A stretch of 60,736 bases of DNA, the filler included, from Basidiobolus ranarum (taxonomy: Eukaryota): NCBI GenBank assembly GCA_040143965.1. It is 14 parts of 14 records of this genome, joined end to end, with 100 filler letters (N's around TTAATTAATTAA, not from the genome) between each part and the next. Parts side by side here need not be neighbours in the genome. Positions count along the whole stretch, not along the records: positions 52,165 to 56,401 come from JASJQH010008933.1; positions 56,502 to 60,736 come from JASJQH010008934.1; 12 more parts are not named here. One strand, given 5' to 3'. Under the pieces are notes generated by a model. The model did not search any database. It was not told the DNA's origin and saw only the letters and a list, made by a program, of their open reading frames with translations. Shown one piece after another: positions 52,529-60,736 of this stretch; the stretch's first letter is position 1; each line of letters opens with the position of its first letter. The translations under genes were made by a program, and so were the position numbers.

Positions 52529-52583
52529 AAATATCATCTCATTGTTTGGTCAAAAGCGAGTGGCGATTCTTACAAGAAAATCA

Positions 52584-52727
52584 ATTCTCAGTAGGAAACT
52601 TTTACCTGTTATTTTATAATAACAATTAGTTTTCAAATGATGTAATCTGGGCGACATTACTCAATTGTGATTAAAACCCCCCAGGTGAGCTCGGATTGCA
52701 ACCCGGGTAGTTCACCGCTTACTGATT
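52584..52727 (+). ncRNA. SNORD118: U8-like (SNORD118) box C/D snoRNA, copy 1
   Basis: Colinear U8 motifs TCAG..GGA, TTACCTGTT, ATTAG, box C ATGATGT (52637-52643), GTGATTAA, TTGCAAC, box D CTGA (52722-52725), plus four U8-like stems. Compared with human U8 from memory; ends inferred. Confidence 0.8.
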
Positions 52728-53051
52728 TGAGAAATCACCATTTTATCAAATCTTTTAATCTCAATATACATATATTACAAAACGTAGTGAAAAGTTAGAT
52801 TTCCTGTATATAGTCGTACTCAACATGCTATAACATTAGCGTAGAGTTGGGGCAAAAGGGATATGTAATCATTTCTGGTTATAATAAAAATCTCATTACT
52901 GATGAAACGAATTATTTACCCTTCACTTATCATATCACACTTTATACTATAAATACGTGAGAGATATGTGGGACTACATCAAATAGAAAAGCAGTCAAAA
53001 CATCAGCGCTTCAACTTTGTATTCAAGTGCTGGTTATACAATATGTCAAAA

Positions 53052-53133
53052 TGATGAGAGTGGGGTTCGAACCCACGCCTCCTGGGAGACTGCGACCTGA
53101 ACGCAGCGCCTTAGACCACTCGGCCATCTCACC
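53052..53133 (-). tRNA. tRNA-Leu(CAG)
   Basis: GGTGAGA/TCTCATC acceptor, CTGCG-TTCAGGT-CGCAG anticodon arm, long variable arm, GGTTCGAACC, TTTT terminator; 82 nt. Confidence 0.97.
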
Positions 53134-53768
53134 TTATACAAATCTTGGGATATAACCCATTTGACGGAGTAAATATTTTGGTATACTTCATTTAATGCAA
53201 AACATGACATGAGCATACTCTATAATGAGAACATGTTTAAGATTTATCCCTAAATGTCTACGATCTTAATATTATTAATTAATTGTACTATGGAATCCTC
53301 ATATGGATGCCATACATAGTTCAAACAGTTACCATAAAGGTATACATATATTTCCTTGTTCTCTTCAAATGCTTGTATAAAAGAAAAACACGCGAAGTTG
53401 AGGATTACGGTATTCGTTGGACACCAGCTTTAAAACAAGTATTCAATAGAATAATGGAACCCAAGATCCTAACTTAATCAGTAACATCTAGGCATTTTAA
53501 GCCAGTATTTTATTACACACTCTAGCGGTTGATGATAGTCCTGGAGACTTAATAACGATAAACTTTTGCAAGTATCTCTATCTTCAAATTTCTTTGCCTA
53601 TACTAATATTTGGATACAATTTAACATTGAATCTCAAATAAACATCTATGTAGAAATATTAGAGATTATTGAGTAATTATCACTTTATTATTCTAATTGA
53701 TTCTCTAGGGTTGCGTGCGTGCAGTGAGCTAGTCTCAGTATTAAGCTACGTGATCTAGTGCTTCTATT

Positions 53769-54251
53769 TTAGCTACGTTTGCTGTTTCTAATTAACCTTA
53801 GAGATCTTCTTCTCAGAGTCATGGGTGTTGCAAACTCTTGCGTCCAATAACTCCCACGAGCATCGTACGCGATTCCAATCTGCGTAAATATAGGGTTTAG
53901 GATATTGCTACGGTGTTCAGGTGAGTTCATCCAAGCATTCATTACTGATGCTTCATCACCAAATCCCGCTGCTACATTTTCTCCAACATTGCTCCACCCA
54001 TAACCAGTTTCACTGATTCGCTGTCCTAGTGATCTATTGGGTTCATCGTGGGTCATCCTCTGAACAGCGACTTGGTAGAGAGTATGTCTTTCTGCGGCGA
54101 CGGTGAGTCTTTGTTCTATAGTCAACGCTGGAATGCCGATGTTTTGACGCTGTTGATTCACTAAAGCTAGGAGAGTATTGGCGTCAAAAGAAAGCGCAAC
54201 CTTCGCGAAAATGAACAAGGTTAAGATTAGGTGAAAAGTTGAGAATTTCAT
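53769..54251 (-). CDS. Secreted CAP/SCP-domain protein (YkwD-like, Cys-free)
   Basis: ATG at 54251 with signal peptide; LVNQQR, MTH, GENVAAG, WMNSPEHRSNILNP, YWTQEF. Confidence 0.93.
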   Translation of the reverse strand: MKFSTFHLILTLFIFAKVALSFDANTLLALVNQQRQNIGIPALTIEQRLTVAAERHTLYQVAVQRMTHDEPNRSLGQRISETGYGWSNVGENVAAGFGDEASVMNAWMNSPEHRSNILNPIFTQIGIAYDARGSYWTQEFATPMTLRRRSLRLIRNSKRS

Positions 54252-55412
54252 GGCAGAAGAATTTAATGACAATCTATGGAACATATTGGACATTTATATA
54301 CTTGTTGACATCTTCATCGTTAAGGAGGGAGAGGGAATATATGAGAATTATTTGATGAATACAAGTGCACCATCTAATCAAAACTGATTGCTATGTTGAA
54401 TGCTCACTCCATCTAATGAGAACTGATTGCTATGTTGAGTATTCCAATCAATCAACCCGAACCACCAACACTGACCAATCCGTTACAATAATGTGGCTGT
54501 AAAGCCAATGCGAAAGAGTAGTCTTTAAGTAAAGCCTTTCGTTACTTTATCTATAACCCCACAACACACCGCATTTTTAAGTTCCATGCTCTTTGTATCA
54601 CCATTCAACAGAACAAATATAGAAATACATAGAATGGGAACATTGCCCACAGCCAATTGTTTTGATTTAGTTATTTCCATTTGTAGCTAATTGCTATAAA
54701 TGATAATAGTAAAATTTGTTTGGAGGAATAAACCCTAATCCTAAGGATGAAGGAATTTACAACGTGGCTTTAGTAGCACACTCGGCATACACCATAAGAG
54801 GAGTTTCATTGATAGTACTGAATAAGGTCTAGTATTTATAATTTGCAGAGATTGGCCAATCATTCAAGCTCCATAAATAGCGCCAAGAATCAACAAAATT
54901 TCCACGCTGGTTTTGCTAAATGGAATTGGCTGTACTAATCTTTATACCAATTTAGATTACAAAAGATATGAATTTTTTTTATCGAACTATTGTAGGGAAA
55001 TTAATATTGGCTTGGAGATTTTCAATAGGCAACTCTGAAATCTGAATAGAATCTCTACTCTAGTTCCATTTTAAATACCTACCTAGAGGTACAAATCCAT
55101 CCTTAACTACTATGTCACTTCAACATTTATGCACCTTATACTTTTTCAAGACTTTATCGCAGTATGGGTGGCAAAGAATGTCCTTTAGGACACCTAGCCA
55201 TATCCTATTGAGCCAAAGAAAAAAATACTAAAGTTGTAGTTTAGCAGAATATCTTATAGCATGATCAATGATTATTAGTTAAATTCGTTAATAGTTGAAC
55301 CAAGTCGTATATGTTAACATTACTCCATCCACTCTGCCTAATTCTTAGGGATTGATGTACTCTGCTCTATCAAGAAACAAATTGGTGATGGAATTATTTG
55401 ATTAATGCTCTG

Positions 55413-55425
55413 CAATCCCACAATT
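55413..55425 (+). promoter_or_regulatory. Candidate PSE/USE element, copy 2
   Basis: Same CAATCCCACAATT at the same distance from the RNA. Confidence 0.5.
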
Positions 55426-55480
55426 GAACATTATCTCATTGTTTGGTCAAAAGCGAGTGGCGATTCTTACAAGAAAATCA

Positions 55481-55624
55481 ATTCTCAGTAGGAAACTTTT
55501 ACCTGTTATTTTATAATAACAATTAGTTTTCAAATGATGTAATCTGGGCGACATTACTCAATTGTGATTAAAACCCCCCAGGTGAGCTCGGATTGCAACC
55601 CGGGTAGTTCACCGCTTACTGACT
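55481..55624 (+). ncRNA. SNORD118: U8-like (SNORD118) box C/D snoRNA, copy 2
   Basis: Identical to copy 1 through box D (box C 55534-55540, box D 55619-55622). Confidence 0.8.
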
Positions 55625-55945
55625 TGAGAAATCTCTTTTTATGAAATCTTTCAATCTCAATGTACGTATATTACAAAATGTAGTGAAAATCTAGTTTTCC
55701 TGTATGTAGTTGGACTTAACATGCTATATTATCCTGGAGTTAGAGTAAAAGGGATATGCAGTCATTTCTGGTTGTAGTAAAAACATCTTCACTGATAAAA
55801 GGAATTATCCACCTTTCACTTTTCATGTCACACTTTGCTATAAATACGTGAGAGATATGTAGAGCTACATGAAATAGAAAAGCAGCCAAAACATCAGGCC
55901 TTCAACTTTGTATTTGTATTCACATGCTGGTCGTACATGTCAAAA

Positions 55946-56027
55946 TGATGAGAGTGGGGTTCGAACCCACGCCTCCTGAGAGACTGCGACCTGAACGCAG
56001 CGCCTTAGACCACTCGGCCATCTCACC
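55946..56027 (-). tRNA. tRNA-Leu(CAG)
   Basis: Same cloverleaf as 53052-53133 with one substitution in the variable arm. Confidence 0.97.
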
Positions 56028-56501
56028 GTATACAAATCTTGGGTTATAATTGTTATTACCAAAAATAGGATAACAATAAAAATCCAAATTAGCTTGTACC
56101 AAGTGATTTTAAGGTTGAATTATTACAAAGCATTGATTAGACTTCCACCAGAATTAATATTGTGAATATTGTTCGAACTTTACTGTAAATCTAGCAATAA
56201 TGGCAGTCTGTGGCTGATGTGCTTATCCTATGTTACATGTTGATTTATAATTTCTGCTGTTGCAAGAATTAGGATAACAATGAAAATGCAAATTATGCAC
56301 TAAAAGGTATGGTTCTGAGAACACACATTCTCAGAACTTAAATATCCTATATATATATCAACGTATTAACATATGAATAAATTGAAGTTCTTAAGCTATT
56401 TNNNNNNNNNNNNNNNNNNNNNNNNNNNNNNNNNNNNNNNNNNNNTTAATTAATTAANNNNNNNNNNNNNNNNNNNNNNNNNNNNNNNNNNNNNNNNNNN
56501 N

Positions 56502-57487
56502 AGCATGTTTCTTAAACTTTTCCAAGAACTCATCGTAAATACTTTCTTGAACATAAACTCTGGAACCTGCCGTACAGCATTGCCCATGATTGAAGAAAAT
56601 GCCGCTACTAGCCCATTGGACAGCCTTGTCAATATTGGCATCTGCAAATATGATATTGGGACTTTTGCCCCCCAATTCCAAAGAAATCTTTTTTAAATTA
56701 CTATCGGCAGCTGCATTCATAATTGACCGTCCAGTGACGGTAGAGCGGTAAATGCAATTTTATGAACATCTTTGTGAGAAACCAGAGCTGCTCCAGCTAT
56801 TTTTCCATAACCGTTGATAACATTGACGACTCCTGGTGGGAACCCAGCTTCTTTAGTTAAGCTAGCAATATACAATCCCGATAAGGGGGTTTGCTCCGCA
56901 AGCTTCACTATCACAGTGTTTCCGGCGGCAAGGGCTGGACCAAGTTTCCAAGATTGCATTAAAATTGGGAAATTCCAAGGAATTATACAACCCACAACAC
57001 CAATGGGTTCATGGCGAGTATAACTGAATTGGTCAAGGTTATCGGTTTGAATAACTTTCCCGTGAATTTTGTCCGCCCAACCCGCATAGTAACGATAGCA
57101 CTCAACTGCTAGACGTAAGTCACCATTCTTAGCATCAGACACAGTTTTACCATTGTCAAGAGACTCCAGGGCAGCTAATTCATCAGCATTTTGTTCAATT
57201 AAATCAGCCAGTTTGTAAAGCAGGCGACCACGCTGAGAGCCGGTAGTTTTAGACCAAGAACCGTAATAAGCGTTGGTAGCAGCTTTGACAGCAATGTCAA
57301 TATCCTTCTCGTCGGCTTCAGCTACCTTACAAATTACCTTTTCGGTGACGGGATTGATAGTATCGAAAGTTTTACCACTCTGGGAAGGAACAAATTCACC
57401 GTTGATGAATAGGTTCGTGTTCACATGAATGGATTTCCCATTTGGTAATTCAAGGGATTGAGTTATATCATTTTTACTAACGCCCAT
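56502..57487 (-). CDS. Aldehyde dehydrogenase (ALDH1/2-like), 5' part, with a 1-nt frameshift near 56746
   Basis: [39 protein letters not shown] then (second frame) STVTGR...[10 protein letters not shown]...[11 protein letters not shown]. Confidence 0.93.
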
Positions 57488-57603
57488 GATTTTAGTTCTT
57501 TAAATTGGTGATAATGAATATGATGTGGGCCAAGTCATTCATTTATACGAAGGTTGTGGCAACATTGCCTCTTCCTTCTCCAATTAAAAGAACAAAAGAT
57601 CAG

Positions 57604-57623
57604 TGACTCCTGGATATGACTCA
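57604..57623. promoter_or_regulatory. Two AP-1/Gcn4-type sites (TGACTC, TGACTCA) upstream of the ALDH TATA-like element
   Basis: Motif match only, about 120-135 nt upstream of the ALDH ATG. Confidence 0.3.
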
Positions 57624-58778
57624 GTCTTTCCATTGAACATAATCACCGGTGATTCCTTGATCTTGGTGAAACCTTTGAGACAGTAGCCTCAGTATTCCAG
57701 GTAATAAGCCATATTCTGTAGTATAGAATGGTATTTCTCACCTATGCCATCACCTCAAGTGGATGCTAGGAGATCAGGCTAAAATTGATGACGCTAAGAG
57801 AGGAATGAAATCTCTTGAAACAGCAGCTTAGAGACTGCTGATAATCACTAATGGATATGTGTATACATTGAGCTTGCGGTTGCGCAATTTCTACAGTGGG
57901 TGAGTTTTTATTTGCTCAAGATGGACTGATTCACCAAATAGCACGAGTTCCATATCAGTATAGCTACGAATAGATATACAGGTCGAAATATTCCCACAGA
58001 GCTGAGTCCTTAGTATGAATAACAATCCTAACACCAACCCCCTAACCATTCGGGAATTCACTCGAATATATTCAAAAAATACATTTCTGCTCAAATCTCG
58101 AATCTTGAACCCTCCTCTAGTTCTGGGTAAACTATATGAAAATCATCTTCAAAACCTGATAAAAACTCATTTCTCAACAGATATAACATCCAGGAATTGG
58201 AACAGTTACCCCCAAGTATAGTCTGCCACTAGAGGTGCCATGCGGCGGAGTAAATTAAGGCTGTATGTCTTAATCGTTATTAAGCCTTCGCATCAAGCCG
58301 CTAAGCCCTCGTCAGCTATCCTAACGGGCAACTTAGGTTTACTACCAAACTTAGGACATATATTTTCTTGCAACAGGATACTGCATGAGATTGAGACCTG
58401 GCGCATTTTGATTGGAATTTTAGTTTCATCTTACCCAAGTGATAAGCATGGGTTCACATCTCATTCTACCTTAATTGAGCATACTACTGTTTAGTCATCA
58501 TGCGAATCGTAATGCTTGACTATAATGCAGTTCGAGAATTCGGATTTCGTGACGTTACATCTACTGGATCTAGAGGCTATGAGGTTGAAGACTCAGGGTC
58601 AGATGAGAACATATTCCCCCATACATCCTTTGAAACAGTGATATAAATAAATAATTTGTCTGTCCCAGTTGCATTGTTAACAAGTAGTAAAGATAAATTG
58701 CTTCCAAAGTGATTTCATTGAACTGTGCGTTTATGCTTGATATGCGCTATTTATACATTCAGTCATAGATATTGCAAT

Positions 58779-59427
58779 TCAGAGCTCATAACCCAACAGA
58801 AGATATTCAGGTTCTTGATTGTATACAGAAGGACTTACCACCTCAAATCCTATGTACATAAATGTACGTAATAAAGATGCGGTATCGGATTTCTTTTTTG
58901 GCATACATATTACTAGCTTCATACATTTCAGTATTGTGTCGGCTAATTCCAAAATTGACATTAACGATTCACGAAATTCACTATCTGCCCAGCCAGCTGA
59001 ATTCGGCGGACTTAAAAATAAGGTCTTATCTGTGGTAAACCCAAGCCACTCATTAGTATTAACTTCCATTCCACGGGAAGAAATGGATAATACTGCATCG
59101 ATTTCATGAAATGAACCTTCGGGTATGCGAAGCAACTTGTGAGCAAAGTCTGTTGATGCTACGAGTCCACCAGTGGCTCTTGAGGCCAGTCCGATCTCTG
59201 TTCTCCTTCCGTCACCATCAGACAAAGTAATGGAAGGAACGTCAAAAACACCACGAAGCTCGATTACCCAGGCTATAATAATAGTTTTCCTTGTGACATG
59301 TGGCAGTGCGAAGAATGGAACAGACGGCGAGGCAAGATGATCCATTTTGAGCAACAAAATCCTTAGGAGTTATGTTGAGTTTTTGCATTGGTATAAGCAT
59401 TTCTGAGTTGTCATTAAGATAAGCCAT
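58779..59427 (-). CDS. OAZ1: Ornithine decarboxylase antizyme, +1 programmed frameshift (ORF1 59427-59245 joined to ORF2 59243-58779; ~215 aa)
   Basis: ORF1 ends TGG-TGT-TTT-TGA-C. The +1 frame continues DVP... into the antizyme domain FRESLMSILELADTILKCMKLVICMPK...LLRTFMYIGFEVV. Confidence 0.95.
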
Positions 59428-60736
59428 CTTGAATTGCGTTGATAAAACTGGTGTTGTTATGAAACTCTGTTGTTAAATTGGTTTACTGGGGCGAGGCTTT
59501 TCTGGCTTGGTGGCTTTGCTATAAGCTGATGATGATGATGAAAGTAAGAGCACTAGTGAATTCGCCACTGCTACGGTGTTTTGAGTGAAGGCTGGGAGCT
59601 TAGATATGGACACTATATTGGTAGTGACTCTGAGAATTGTACGCTGGGGCGGGTGTGTAGTGAGAACAACAAATATGTAACTGTTGGTCAACTTGTGTAA
59701 AAGAGTTTGAAAAGTAATCTAGAGTACACGGTTCAATCCTGGGGTTTATATCCTTATTAGGTCCAATATACCAAATCTCAGACTGGTATTCCACGTGATG
59801 AGCGTTGAGGTGGATGGTCCCGCAACTATTGCATCTATTTCTGACAATGCCCTGAGCCAAGTATCAGCTACATGATTGGGTTTCTGGTTCTGTCCAAGTG
59901 TCTGTGTTGATCATAATCTAGGGATTCGAATATAGGGGAATATTCGGCCAATGATTGCTGATTGTTACTCCCGATCCTCCATCGACTTGTGAAACAATTT
60001 CACATTGTTTCAGAGAGACAAATTTGATGGGAGTGAAACCAAATGCCAGCAGGCTGACTCATAAATAGCACTTCGGGACATGGCTGTTGTTAAAGCCAAC
60101 ATTGCTGTTCCAGGATCCAATATCTTTGGTATTGACAGAGATTGAACGATTTCTACAGACGACCAATGAAAAGGCCCAGTTTTAGGGGCAAATGAGTTCC
60201 TTTGTGAAAGTATACTAGCATGTGACTTGTTTAAAGCCTCTAAGATCGCCGAATTTCATATTTGGAAGTCCAATGGATGCAACAAAAAAGGCTGGGCCAG
60301 CACCCATTTCTTGATCCGGTAGTATGACTGCTACATCAGTCAAGGGCCTTGGTTCTGATCGAATCTGTACTAGGGCTTGGCGGGCGGCTTAGATACTTAT
60401 GCTAGGCCAAGGCCAACTGGGGCGCATTAGTTGGTACTAGAAACCGAGTTGACTGGTAGCACCTTGCGTGCTGACATGTAGGTTCTAAAAATCGCCGATT
60501 GAGGATATTCTTAGTCTGTATTAATTTCGGTCTCTTTCATTTATCCATGAAGCCCTGGCTTGGGAACAGCGAGTCCATCAACTTTATTTCCCAACTCCGG
60601 ACCATAGCGTACAATACAGTCCAAACTATTGGGACTTGCAATCATACTCATGTGGCTTCATCCTTGAGGCACCCAAGAGAATAATGAACACCCGTGCCAT
60701 TCAGCCCTCAGTCGATGTCACCACCCCAATACAATG

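Larger units (their letters stand above)
52516..53150 (+). repeat. Copy 1 of a ~630-bp direct duplication (promoter + snoRNA + tRNA-Leu)
   Basis: Aligns with 55413-56045; identical over 52536-52725 and visibly diverged in the spacer. Confidence 0.95.
55413..56045 (+). repeat. Copy 2 of the ~630-bp duplication
   Basis: Offset about 2897 nt from copy 1. Confidence 0.95.

Noticed and set aside
52536-52627. Possible separate H/ACA snoRNA (AGAAAA ... ACA) upstream of box C
   Set aside because: The 3' half is better explained as U8 stems 1-2, and the 5' half as promoter-proximal sequence.
52879-52905. CTGATGA-AAC resembling a hammerhead core or box C
   Set aside because: Not conserved in copy 2 (CTGATAAAAGG) and no supporting stems.
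54369-54440. Two-copy ~38-bp tandem repeat upstream of the CAP gene
   Set aside because: Only two units and no spacers; an ordinary local duplication, not CRISPR.
59473-59691. Upstream ORF before antizyme
   Set aside because: TTG start, probably spans the promoter, and no conservation evidence.
59700-60500. Possible decayed tyrosine-recombinase (DIRS-like) sequence on the minus strand (AMLALTTAMSRS)
   Set aside because: One weak motif and no catalytic H-x-x-R or Tyr found.

Overview
This is not one locus. It is 14 unrelated contigs of about 4.24-4.26 kb in descending length order, joined by 100-nt N/TTAATTAATTAA spacers, so adjacency across spacers means nothing. The source is an AT-rich eukaryote with short GT-AG introns. 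Gene content suggests an early-diverging fungus (Zoopagomycota/Mucoromycota-like; inference). Recognisable genes: pyruvate kinase, a 7-exon QTRT2, a PAP2 phosphatase (3' part), a 7TM-RGS protein, a thaumatin-like protein, a tandem family of secreted low-complexity proteins with Cys-pair motifs, an OFA-type MFS transporter (3' part), an F-box protein (5' part), a CAP protein, an aldehyde dehydrogenase with a 1-nt frameshift, an ODC antizyme with a UUU-UGA +1 frameshift, and two tRNA-Leu(CAG) genes. About half of the window is decayed, CpG-depleted, nested Ty1/copia and Ty3/gypsy debris. Best finding: two near-identical copies (52584-52727 and 55481-55624) of a ~144-nt box C/D RNA that matches the motifs and four-stem fold of the animal U8 snoRNA (SNORD118) as I recall it. 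U8 is usually described as absent from fungi. Each copy has a PSE/USE-like element at about -68 to -56 and lies convergent with a tRNA-Leu gene.
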